Positions 48,460 through 60,070 are shown, numbered from the whole stretch's first letter. The stretch is DNA of 63,425 nt, filler included, from Hyphochytrium catenoides (GCA_900088475.1; 9 parts of 9 records of this genome joined end to end with filler, not necessarily neighbours in it); one strand, 5' to 3'. The notes: generated by a model not told the origin, from the sequence alone. A program made the numbers and translations.

Positions 48460-49790
48460 CATAAAGGCACTATCCACAGCGCTATTGAGCGCATGTCCGC
48501 TCTTCCTTTCCAGCGTTGCGGCGCTAATTCCAACCTCCAGCAGCACACTTCCAGTGTCGCCTGTGGCTGATGAGATCAGACCACACAATATCACCATCGG
48601 CAGGGTCCAAGGAGAAAATCGGGGCCCGATGGACCCCAGTATAACTACTCTTCAAGATGATTACTACTGGCTCCGAGATGACAACAAGTCAGATCCAGAT
48701 GTGTTGGCTTACCTCGCGGCGGAGAATGCGTACAGCGAAGCAATGATGGAGCACCTCAAGCAGCCAGCAGAGCAACTTTACAAAGAATACATCTCCCGAG
48801 AGAAGGCACGTACTACTGCCACACTCTCTGGAATACTCCTTACTGTCGATAAGTACCCTTCCGAACTCTTTGTGCCGTTGTGATCAGTAATCCTTAAAGA
48901 TCTTCCTCCTGACCGCCCCGTAAACAACATACCACTTTCGTCTCTCTGCCACTAACGGGAACTACCAACGACTTATGCTAAAATCCTTTCCTTTTTCCAC
49001 AGCTCGCCGATGACAGCAGCAGTCCCACTCGTGTCAGCAACTACCTGTACTTCTTCTCGCGCTCAACAGAGACTCAAACCTATCAAATCTATCTTCGGAA
49101 GCCAGCAGCGAATGCCACCAATGGGACTGAAAAGGAGGAAGTCCTCATCGACGTGAATGAGATCGCGAAGGGTCGGGACTATACTGCCATCTACGGCGTC
49201 GACCCAAATTACGATTAGACATTAATTACCTATTCAGTTGTAAGTGGCATTACTACCTCGTCGTGCGGCTTTCATGGCGCAACGTTCCTTTCCCGCTTGA
49301 TATACTACTAGCCCTTCTTATCGCCACTAAAATCTCAGTGATCAGTGATGACGTTTCTCATTGTGCCACCCATATCTTCACCTCGCAGGACTTTAAGGGC
49401 GACGGCCATTCAGATGTTTATTTCAAGAACCTGACTAATGGCGAACTACTTTCTGACTTCCTTGAGGGTGCCAACTCCCTTTCTTGAGATAAGAAAGAAA
49501 ACATAGTATATTACATCAGTAATGATGAAGCCAACCGCGCCTATCAGGTCTGGCGCCACGTCCTGGGAACGCTCCACAGCCAAGATGAGCTAATCTACGA
49601 AGAGAAGGATACGCTATTTGGTGTTTCTTTGTACATCTCCCAAGATGAGCGCTTCTTGATGATATCAGCAGATAGCCCAGCGACCTCTGAGCTCCTCTCC
49701 TTGGATCTCGAAGCGGCCAGGAAAGGACGGAGCAGCAGCCCTTATGAACTCAAGGTTTACAGCCACGGATGAAGGAACTACGTTGTTCGG
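48460..49790 (+). pseudogene. Oligopeptidase B (protease II, S9A) pseudogene, N-terminal and beta-propeller part only
   Basis: DDYYWLRDD...VLAYLAAENAY, EEVLIDVN and RAYQVWRHVLGT are present. In-frame stops at 49216-49218 (TAG) and 49485-49487 (TGA, at a usual Trp). No catalytic domain follows. Confidence 0.85.
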
Positions 49791-51125
49791 TAGGTGATTC
49801 ACTCACATGGATTCTGATGATGATTTAGGTGAGGTGCTGGGCAGAACTCTGTGCAACGGGGGTTACAGAGAGAAAAAAAAAAGAGACTCAGGAATGGGAT
49901 GAAACGCTGCTAGTACGTGTAGGAGCCCTTCGCAAGCAGAAGAGCAGAGGGGCATGGGAGGTCATTTGGAACACAAGGCCACAAGCTTCTTTTGCTAACG
50001 CCTTTGGCAGAAACCCACCTCAAACCTGTTGTCTCCTCCTTCTTCATGCTTGACTCCATTCTCATCAGGGGGAACAAATAAATAGACGGAACGGAGCTAT
50101 GCGGCTGGCCCTGAGGATAAGAACAATACAAGTGAATGGATTAAACTGTAGACGAGCGAGGGAGGCTCTAAAGACCAACAGGGGCTGCGAAATTTGTACC
50201 GGTTAGCATGCGATGAAGCGCAGTAAGGAGCACAGATATGTATGTTGGTCGATCAACGAACAACCAGTATTTTATCAGCCGATAGATCCGAAATAGCTGC
50301 TCCTCCTTCCGCGCCACCAATTGGCCAGCGTTGTCTCTGACGCCTTCATGGGTTAACTAGACTACTAATCGATCCGTACAATAGAAAATGCTCCGTCAGT
50401 AGCGTCGTGTGTTTGGACAGAGCCATCACATCATGTGACTGACTTTCTAGCCTCAGAGGCTGCTGAAGAAACGTTAAGGGAGATTGAAAATAACCAGAGT
50501 AGATAGACCTCATTAGGTAGTAAGGTGAGGGACAGAAGAAATGAGGATCAGAGCCAGTTCTGGCAGAGAAAGGAGCCCCCCAGATTTGCTGTAAGCTGCT
50601 ATCAGTGAGGCGGAAAAAAGAAGTCTGTTCTGTCGATGACGTTGTCGGGCGGAGGGCAGATCGAGACCCTAACAAGAGAGAAGTCAGAATCTCTTCCCTT
50701 TTAATAAAGACAAAGTCCAGGAGAGTGTTTTGTTTTCTCCTCAACAAGAGAAGATATCGTCATCTCCTCTTTCTCGGGAGGATGAGGCACCTCTTGCTCT
50801 TCCGACAATCTCACCGAAGAGACAGAGTACTGCCTCTCTCTCTCTTATTACTTCTATCTATATCTCTATGTTCACGCTCCTTGGTCTGTTCTTGATGTCT
50901 TAATTTCTCCTTCCCCTAAACCCCTATATCAATATGACAGGCAATGCCGAAGCGACGATTTTCCTCTGCTGCAGGAGCCGAGAAGCGAAAGAACAACACA
51001 GTCAGAGAGAGAACTTGACGATGGGCTCTCTCTCTCTCTCTTTCTCTTTCTGGCTCTCTCTCTCTCCGTCTCTCTATCTCTTTCTCTCTCACTGTCTCTC
51101 TCTCTTCTTGGTCTCTCTCTCTCTC

Positions 51126-51165
<40 letters not shown>

Positions 51166-52950
51166 TCTCTCTACTCCTTTTCCTCTACCTTGCTTGAGAA
51201 GTACCATAGTCTTACATCTCATCTACTTCCTTTACTCAGGAATCTCTCTCTAGCGGAGAGACTGTGGCGGAAAACGGGAGCTTCCTCTTTCTTCGTCTCC
51301 GCTTCAGCAGTCACTTTTTGAGCGCAGAAGGAAAACGAGAGACCGGGACCCCAGAGAGAGAGAGAGAGAGACGCATAAAGAGAAACACAGTAGATAGACA
51401 GTGAGAACAGGACTCAGTGAAGTAGATAGAGGAGCTTGGACAATGGAAGAGAGAGACACAGAGAGAGGGGGAGAAAGGGCTTATCGGTGGAGAAGAAGAC
51501 CTTGAATCCTTCGGCACCGAGTAAGCAGAAAAGACACTAAGGAGAGCGACACTATGTCAATTGGCAGGGAGAGTCCGATGCAGCCTCTCTATAATCATGG
51601 TAGCAGGCGAGCAATCTGCTCCTGACAGCGGACTTTTACGANNNCCAGATGCCGGGACAGGGACTCGGGATGAGGTCACCGAGGTTACCGAGGCCGTTGA
51701 GTACTTTTGCCGAAAGTCTGAAGACATCATCCCCAAGACCTTTTATCTACGCACTCAACTCCTTTTCCATTCTTCCTCTCCTTCAGAGAGAGAGACGAGG
51801 AGGGAGATCTGGATGCTCAGCTTGCAATACTGAGATGGAAAAAGAACCAGCACACAGTCAGATCAGGCAGACGATCGAGCTCAGTCAGACGCTAGAGCAG
51901 CAGGATTTAGAGTTTCCCAAAGCGCAGAATGAAGAGAGAGAGAGAGAGAAATGGATGGCGAAGATTGTTGAATCAGGAGGAACTTGGTAAGCCTCTGAAG
52001 GTAGACTTTTTTCTCGGTCCCTCTCTCTCTCTCTCTGACTCTCTCTCTTCCCTTTCTTTCTTGCTGTCACTGTCTCTCTCTCTCCCTCCACCTTTACCTC
52101 TCTCTCTTTTCTGTCTCCTCTCTTCCGCTAGACACTTTCTTTTATTGTTTTCTCTCTCTCCTTCGGAATTCTTGCAACGTCCCTTCTTCCCTCTCTCTTT
52201 CTTCCTCTCGCCTAAAAGCCCTAACCTGTATTCCCTTCCTGCCTATCCCTATACCCGATCCCTCTTCCTCTCTTGCNNNNNNNNNNNNNNNNNNNNNNNN
52301 NNNNNNNNNNNNNNNNNNNNTTAATTAATTAANNNNNNNNNNNNNNNNNNNNNNNNNNNNNNNNNNNNNNNNNNNNTCTCTCTCTCTCTTCCTCACTCTG
52401 CCCTTTCGTGGTAAAAGCTATATTCTCTGTTTCCTTCTTTCAGTCTTCTCGTCCGTCAGCTCTCTCTCTCTCTTTCTACCTATCTCTCTCCCTCTCTCTT
52501 TCTTTCTCTCTCTCGCTTGATGTTGGATCCTCACTTTCCCTCCGTTATCTCTCAAGATTCGGTGTCTGACTTGCTGCTCTTGCTTGCAGGAGTAGAGAGA
52601 GAGAATGTGCCGATAAGTATCTCCATCTGGTCAAGATCTTCGAATAAAGGAAGCTAGAGTGAAGTCTCTCCCTTCCTTCCCCGGTCGTCTCTCTCTTCCT
52701 TGCTCTTCAAACTTAGTGATCCTCTACATTCTTTCATCTAATTTACCAACATGTCTGCCACTCCGCGGCCTCTCTCTCTCTCTCTCTCTTGCCCAATCTT
52801 TTCTCCCTCATCATTGGCCAGTTGCGTCGTAGAGAAGATAGATATTTCTCTCTTTGGTTAGGAAACCTCACTGTTAAGCTAGTGTACAAGCTACGAATGA
52901 ACAGTTTATCCTCTCTCTCTCTCTCTCTCTCTTTTGCTTCCACGGGTGTA

Positions 52951-55213
52951 CTAGGCTTTCCTAGTGCTTCTTCTTCTGGGTGTTGCCTTGATCATACCAT
53001 TCTCTCCTTCCTCTTCTCGGTACTTCGCTGGAGTCTTCACTCTTCTTCTGGGTGTCTTCGTCTCTCCCGTCAATGGCTCTTCTCTCTTCCCTCCTTTCTC
53101 TCCTTCTTTCTTCCCTCCTTTCTCTTCCGCTAGAATCTTGGAACCTCTTCCCTTTGTCTTTGTGTTCGGAGTATCGACCTGAGGTGCCGCCTGCGGACGC
53201 TTGGTCGGCGTCTGAACCGGGCTGGCAGGATCTAGACAGAGAAGAGAGTCATGGAGTTAGAGAAAGAGAGAGAGAGAGAGAGAGAAATAGACAAGGAGAA
53301 GAAGAGACACGCCTTTCTCTCTTTCCTTACCTGTGAGGGGAATGGGCTTGATGTTATGCTGGAAGAACTCTATCATGGCATCGCTATATACCGCCTTCTG
53401 ATAGTTGAGGTTCACTCTTTCTCTCTCTCTTTCTTCTCTCTCCTCTGCTTGCCTCACACCATCCTGCAAGAGGCGCTTTCGTTCTCTCTCTCTCTCTCCA
53501 AGAGCTTGTTTCTCTTCTCCTTTCCGTGTGAGACTTGGTTCTCCTTTCTGCACCACGAGGTCCATAAAGGAAGAGTAGAGAGACGAGATGGGAGGAAGTA
53601 CATGCACAGGCGCTTGGAAGAGTTCCTCTATCGACTTGGCGACTCTTCCTCCTCTCTCCTGCTTCTTTCTCTTTTTCTGCTGTTGTTGGCCCAGGTGGGA
53701 GAAAGAAGAGACGCCATTGCCATAGAGAGAATGTAGCACGTTCTTCTCTCCCTCTTCTTGTCCTCCTCGGAGAGAGATGGAAGCCTTTCTACCGCTGGGT
53801 CGTTCTCTCTCTCTCTCCTCTTCCTTCTCTTCTAGTATTTGTACCAGTTCCTTTCTACTGTTGAGAACAAGGAGACTCACGCCTCTTTCCTCTTCTGCCC
53901 CTTCGCTTTCCGAGGAAGGAGGAGAAAGAGGAGCAGAAGAGCGGAAGAGAAGAGCGTGGACAGAGACATGGGGGAGAATCCAAAGGTGCTCAGGCGTAGG
54001 AGAGTCTACTCGGAAGAGAATGACAGCGCTCGAGTCTTCTCTCTCTCTCTCTCCGTCTTCCTCACCCTTCTGTGAGGCGTTAGCAGAGATAGAGACAGAG
54101 AGAGCCAAGCGAGGGAGAGTGTTGGACCACTGAGATGCCTTCTCCATGGCAATGGCTGTCACTTTCGCCTAAAGAGAAAGAGAAGACGAGAGGAAGAGAG
54201 TCGCGTATAAGAGGCTGGGTCTTCGCCGCAGGAGCAATGCACCGGCAAGGCAAAGAAAGCCGATTTAGGAAAAGACAATCCTTTGAGAGAGAGAGAGAAA
54301 AGAGAGAGAGAAAGAAAGAGAGAGGAGATGGACGCTAGAAGCATGCAATAGAAAGAGCAACTGAAATGAATCTTACTTATCACAGGTTATGAGGAGAGCA
54401 AAATGAGAGTATGGGCAAGGCCTTGAGATCCGCAACGAAGAGAGAGAGAGAGAGAGAGAGTTCCACATACCTCATAGGACCACCAGACCTTGCCATTCAG
54501 TAGGTTCCACACGTAGATCGCTCGCTCTGTCACGGAGACCAAGAATGGCGCTCCAGGAGAAAAGAGTAGTTTCCTATGAAAATCAGGAACGAAACAGTTC
54601 CAGCAGGAAGGAAGGAGAAAAGAGCAAGACCAACGACAGACAAGGTTAGTTTCTTGGTAGGAGACACAACATTCAGTGGTAGAGACTGACAGAGGATAGT
54701 GCAGAGAAAGAGAGAGAGAGCTTTAGATCAGATCGTTATGTCGACTACACGGCGTGGTTGGGACTAATCATTCCCAGTTCAGAGTAGCTGGTTGTCGATC
54801 ATCCTCTCCAAGCAAAGAGGAAGGGAAGTACGGAGAAAGAGAGGGACAGGAGAAGAGTTTAGCGAAAGCGGTGGAAGCATCGTTGCCGGAGTTAAGAGAG
54901 AAAGGGAGAGAGAAGGGAAAGAAAGAGAGAGAAGAGGAAAATTGCTGACAGGGATCAGTATATCTGCTAACTACATGGTGTGGTTGGGACTAATCATTCC
55001 CAGTTCAGAGTAGCTGGTTGGTAACATCCTCTCCCATACAAAGCAAGTATATAAGAGAATGAAGAGAAAGGGAGAGAGAGAGAGAGATAAGGGCTTGAGA
55101 GGCAGCAAGGGATCAGATATCTGCTAACTACATGATGAGGTTGGGACTAATCATTCCCAGTTCAGAGTAGCTGGTTGGTAGCATCATCTCCCACACTGCG
55201 CGTAAGGAAGGAT

Positions 55214-55252
<39 letters not shown>

Positions 55253-58200
55253 AGAAGTGGATAGCAAGGAGAGAGAGGGAGATTTATGACCTGACTGCTT
55301 CATCCCCGGGAATGTACGTTAATGTCTGCAGCAGAGTGTTGAACATTGGCTCCCATAGAGTTATAAGAGGACCGAAGCCCACAGCCAGGAGAGAGCCGTC
55401 ATTGGAAAAGGCGGAGCTGTGAATCTGCAAAAGAGAGAGAGAAAGAGAGTCGTCAGAAAGCACGAGAGAGTCCTTTCCGGTGAGAGGATCATGACGAACA
55501 CGACAGGAAGTGCTCTGAGTAAATGTCACTTGGCTTTTTGCTCCTCTCTCCTGCGTCTCCAATCTCTCTTTCTCCATCTCCTTTCTTTCTTTCTCCATCT
55601 CCTTTCTCTCTCTCTCTCTCTCTTTGCCTCTCTCCCCAAACCTCTCTCCCTTTGTCATGTTTTTGCTCTCCGAAAGCTTACCGGTAGCTGTCTGTATGAC
55701 CCAACAGAGCGGCACACCCAGGCATAATGTACAGAGCTTCTCCCTCCTTCTGTCTTTGTCATACTCGGAGCCATCTCTCTGTTTACTCTCGACCAGACCT
55801 TAAAAGACTTGTCCTCCGAAGAGGTAGAGACCACAATGTTTCTCTTGGGATGATAGAGGAGAGAGGAGACAGATCCCTTGTGGGGAGAATCAACCTTTGT
55901 GGAAAGGATGAACTGGTGGGAGACAGGACAATAGGCCCAGAACTTCATAGAAACGGAATGATAAGAGGAACTGCCTTCCCACTCTTCCACCTAAAAATGG
56001 GCAACAAACAGTGAATTAAATTGGGACAGACGGCAGAGAGAGAGATTTCAAAGAGATACCAGGGAGGGAAATGAGAAAGAGGGAAAGAAGGAAGGGAGAG
56101 GGAGAGAGAGAGAGAGAAATTGAATAGAAGAAGGCGGTTGCATTGGCAGAGCCCCAACGAAAGCACAGAGGTCAGGAGAGAGAAACTGAGAAAACGACAG
56201 TCATGAGAGACATAAATGCTAGGATCAAAGGAGCCAAAAGGCATGCGAGCAATCAGAAGACTGACGGAGGCAAAGAAAGAAACAGATGAGAGAGAGAAGT
56301 AGGTAGTGTGCTGTGTCTTTCTCTCTCACCGTGACAAGAGAGAGTCCATCGCTACTGAAAGCTGCAAACTTCACTCTGGTGGGAGGCAGCGGTTCATCCT
56401 GCGCCCGACTCACAACATTTCTATGGCTGAGCTCCAACTCTCCCCTGTGTCGGCCTCTCTCCAAATCATAGAATTGAAGAGAGCCAATAGGCGAAATCCC
56501 GTTGATGACAAGAGAGAGAGAGCGTGGATCCTCCAAGAGCCCGAGAGGGGCACAGATTGACAGGGGCTCTTTGCTTTGGGCTGTGGTATGACGACAAAGA
56601 GTTAGACGGGATACCATAAGTTGATGCGGCCCAGGAAGAGAGAGAGAGAGAGAGAAAAGAGAAAATGAATGGAAGAAAGAAGGGGAGAGAAAAGGCCATG
56701 GCTAGGTAAAGGTGAGCAGGAGCAGAAGAGAGAACGGATTTGTCTGGGCCTACCGACTGCAATTCCTCTTATCCGCCACTCCTCCTTGAGGCTCACAGCA
56801 TTGATGAGTCTCATAGAGTTGTCCAGACAGCTGATCAGGTAGTATTTAGACTCTGGGGCCACAGCGAGAGAAGAGAGAGGCGCACCCAAGCGAGGAAGGA
56901 ACGTTCTCTTTCCTTCTCCTCCTATCTGCCACAGTGTAAGAACGGCCTCTTCTCCTCCAGAGAGAAGATAAGCGCCCTCTCTTGTGAACGCTAAGCAAGA
57001 AACGGCATGCGCATGCCANNNNNNNNNNNNNNNNNNNNNNNNNNNNNNNNNNNNNNNNNNNNNNNNNNNNNNNNNNNNNNNNNNNNNNNNNNNNNNNNNN
57101 NNNNNNNNNNNNNNNNNNNCCTGTAGCCACGATGGGCTCTGTAGGATGTATGGCCAACGAAGTGAGAGGATGAGAATGCTCATATTCTACCACGCCCTCT
57201 CTCTCCGTCTCCTCTTCTCCCATCCTGAGCGGGTCCCACACTAACAGCCTATGGCCCGAGACAGTCGCAATAACGCTAGAAAGACTGGGCTTACTAGCCC
57301 CATCATCTCCTTCTTCTAGACTAGTAAAGGAAGCAGGAGAGAGACCTCTGCCGACAACACCAATAAATTCACCTCTCTCATGAAAGAGAGTGCGCTGGAG
57401 TTTGCCTAGTTTGAGAGAGAATGTGACTAGCCGCCAAGAGAGAGACGACCTCAACTCCTCTGGCCCTGTGCCTGGAAGCCTAGGGAGAGAGAGAGCCAAA
57501 GACTCGGCACGGCGTCGCTTCTTTCCTTTGCTCGGCTCTTGGCCGTCCGCAGGAGCACCTCCCGTCTTCTCCTCTTCGTGGTCGGAGTGTTTCTCTCCAT
57601 TTGCTCCTCTTTCTCTCCCATCTCCTCTTCCCTTCTCCTGAAGACAGAGATAGACGATTCCACTATCCTCAGGGGTCAGCACCATCCCTAGGATGGGGGA
57701 TCCCACGGTGTACACCTTCAAACAGGAGCCGTCCTGGTAGTCCCAGAGCCGTCCAGAGCCGTCCAAGGACACGGTCAACAGCTGCAGACGCCTAGACTTG
57801 AGGATCGCAAGCCCGGTGACGGCATTCTTATGTCCAGAAAGGGTCCGGAGAACTTCTCCTGTCTGAGAGTTGATGACCTTCACCACGGAGCCGAGGGCTT
57901 TGAAGATATACCTGGAGAGGAGATGTTGACAATGATCCGGGTGACAAAGAGAGAGAAAGAGAGAGAGAGAAAGAGAGGAGGAGAAGTGAGAAAAGAAGGA
58001 GAATGACAAAATGAAGATTGGAAAGAGGAGAGAGAGACCCACAAGCGGGGGCGTGGGCGGAGAGAGAAAGAGAGACAGAGAGAGAGAGAGAGAGAGTTGT
58101 CCCGAACCAATCGTAGATCGCTGATACTGAGAAACATTTGACATAGAAAGACATTCCTAAAGCGCTAACTAAGGAGACAGACATCACCCGGAAGAGAGAA

Positions 58201-58325
58201 CGAAATGCATGACCGCGACAGTCTTCCAGAACAATAGCGGCGCTCTCTTACCTTCCACTGTCATCAAAGTCCACAACCGGTCCGCAGAGGCTGCCGCCCG
58301 ACACCTGCTCCACGCGCCAGCCCAT
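52951..58325 (-). CDS. WDR75: WD-repeat protein 75 / UTP17 (t-UTP, SSU processome), multi-exon
   Basis: Starts MGWRVEQVSGGSLCGPVVDFDDSGR|YIF. Signature WHAHAV...AYLLSGGEEAVLTLWQ...FLPRLG, then KFW, STSSEDKSFKVW and AFSNDGSLLAVGFG. Basic C-terminal exon ends ...STRKA* at 52951. Confidence 0.9.
54724..54810 (-). ncRNA. Intronic box C/D snoRNA-like unit, divergent copy
   Basis: TGGAG-AGGATGA(C)-TCGACAACCAGCTACT-CTGA(D')-ACTGGGA-ATGATTA(C')-...GTCGACATAACGAT-CTGA(D)-TCTA, with a terminal stem, in the sense of the WDR75 intron. Confidence 0.7.
54951..55035 (-). ncRNA. Intronic box C/D snoRNA-like unit, middle copy
   Basis: GGGAG-AGGATGT-TACCAACCAGCTACT-CTGA-ACTGGGA-ATGATTA-...TAGTTAGCAGATATA-CTGA-TCCC, with a GGGA/TCCC terminal stem. 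Confidence 0.7.
55109..55192 (-). ncRNA. Intronic box C/D snoRNA-like unit, first-transcribed copy
   Basis: GGGAG-ATGATGC-TACCAACCAGCTACT-CTGA-ACTGGGA-ATGATTA-...TAGTTAGCAGATAT-CTGA-TCCC. The D' guide is complementary to the conserved LSU segment AGUAGCUGGUU. Confidence 0.75.
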
Positions 58326-58609
58326 CCTGGCGGCCGTGCCGGTAAGAGACGAACCTTTCCCCTTCTTTGCCTTCCTCTGTCTGTCTGGATCTGTCTGCCT
58401 TCCGCGTGCAGAAAGCTTCTATCGTCTATTAGCACTGCCGCCACGGGTCCTAGCAGCCCTGTGATGTCGAGTCTCTCTGAAAGGCGAGGGCGTGATGATT
58501 ATGAAGATCCCCAGACAAGATCAAGAGCAGGGGATCTCTCGCTTATTAGGAGAGCAAGTCAAGTGTGATATGAGAAGCGTGGAAGGCAGAAGAGTGCTAA
58601 AGAGAGAAG

Positions 58610-58670
58610 ACACGAGAGAGAGAGAGAGAGACTTCAGAGAGAGAGAGAGAGACTTCAGAGAGAGAGACTT

Positions 58671-58707
<37 letters not shown>

Positions 58708-58830
58708 CAGAGAGAGAGAGAGAGAGATTCAGAGAGAGAGAGAGAGAGACTTCACAGAAGAGCGACTTCCGAGAGAGAGAGACCAGAGAGAGAGACACTT
58801 ACAGAGAGAGAGACTTCAGAGAGAGAGAGA
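58610..58830. repeat. Compound minisatellite (GA)n-CTTCA
   Basis: Repeated gagagagacttcagagagag units. Confidence 0.8.
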
Positions 58831-59185
58831 GAAGAGAGAAGAGAACGGCACCATGTCTCCAGTCTCCACCATTCACCTGCTGCTCTTCCTCCAACCATCG
58901 GAGACATGACCAACCTAGTCCGGGAGGAGTCCTGGAAATATTGATTGAAAAGTAATCAATGACTAGTTATTGCATTTGCTCCTGGGGGAGATTCAAAGTA
59001 ACAAAACAATAAACTCCTTCCTCTGTCAGCTTCATCATCAGATTTTTTCTTCTTTTCCTCTTTTTTTTCTTATTTATAGTTAGGAGCCTCATATTTCTTA
59101 TTGCTACTATTATCGCTACTAACAGACTAATTCTAGAAGAAGAAGAAAGAGAAGAAGAAGAAGAGGAAGAAGAAGAAAAGAAAAG

Positions 59186-59580
59186 CTAAGAAGCGTTAGG
59201 CTCTTCCATCATCTCAGCTCGACCTGCTCCCTGCTCATCATCAGTAAAAGAAGAATCATAGTTGATTTCCTCAGTAATGATGAGCGGAGAAGAAGGAGGA
59301 GGAGGAAGAGGTGAACCATCAGCAACCATGTCATCGCCAGCAACCATCATGTCAACGCCAGCAACCATCATGTCAACGCCGTCAAGCTCAACCGTCGCGA
59401 GACAAGCAAGAGAAGGGTCCAACTGTTCAAGAAGAGGAACGCGCTTCAAAATTTGAAGTGCATTTTCTTCGTGAATGGCCAAAGACACTCGCGTGTGAAG
59501 GCGTAAGCCCATAGCTAAGCGAGACCAGGGGCCAAGATGCCGAGAACCATCAAGGGCGGAACGGTCACATTTGCTTGTCT
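59186..59580 (-). mobile_element. Second copy of the CRE-like non-LTR 3' remnant
   Basis: VPPLMVLGILAPG...LRLHTRVSLAIHEENALQILKRVPLLEQLDPSL...PPPPSSPLIITEE is collinear with 47644-47960. Confidence 0.45.
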
Positions 59581-59582
59581 CG

Positions 59583-60070
59583 TTAACTTCTTCTTCCTCT
59601 TTCTCCTTTCCTCCTCTTCTTCCAGTTCTTCTTCTCTTCTTTCTTCTTCTTCGTTTTCTCTTATGTCTCTCTCTTCTAATTCTTCTTCTTTTCTTCTTTC
59701 TTTCTCTTTTCTTCTTTCTTTCTCTTTTCTTCGTCTTCTTCTTCTGTTCTTTGTTTGTATGCTAGTTCTTCTTCTTCTTCTGTTCTTGCTCTGTCTTCTG
59801 GTTCTTGTTCTTCTCTGCTGTCTTCTTCTTATTCTCTTCTTCCTTTGTCTTCTAGTTCTTCTTCTTCTCCTCCTCTCATTCTTTGTCTTCCACATCTCTT
59901 CTTCCTCTCTTCGTTCTCTGACAGTTCTAATGCTTCTTCTTCTCTTCTTTCTCTTTGTTTTCTAGCTTATTCTTCTTCTTCTTCTCATCTTTCTCTCTTG
60001 TTCCTCTCCTCGTTCCTCTTCTTTCTCTTTATCCTCGTCTTTCCGTTTCTACTTCTTCCTTTTCTTCCCT
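59583..60070. repeat. (CTT)n/CT-rich low-complexity tract
   Basis: Read directly; it produces the spurious R/E/K and L/S/F ORFs here. Confidence 0.85.

Noticed and set aside
49216-49487. Stop-codon reassignment or selenocysteine readthrough in oligopeptidase B
   Set aside because: TAG and TGA terminate intact genes elsewhere in the window and the gene is also truncated, so pseudogenisation is simpler.
51561-51990. Short ORFs near a 3-N gap; also 37400-37830 and 61008-61620
   Set aside because: They may be exons or element debris, but I recognise no family and see no consistent splice chain.
54724-55192. CRISPR or TIGR-type array
   Set aside because: It lies in a spliceosomal intron of a eukaryotic ribosome-biogenesis gene, has no Cas/Tas ORF nearby, has low-complexity spacers, and the constant part matches rRNA. 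A snoRNA cluster explains it better.
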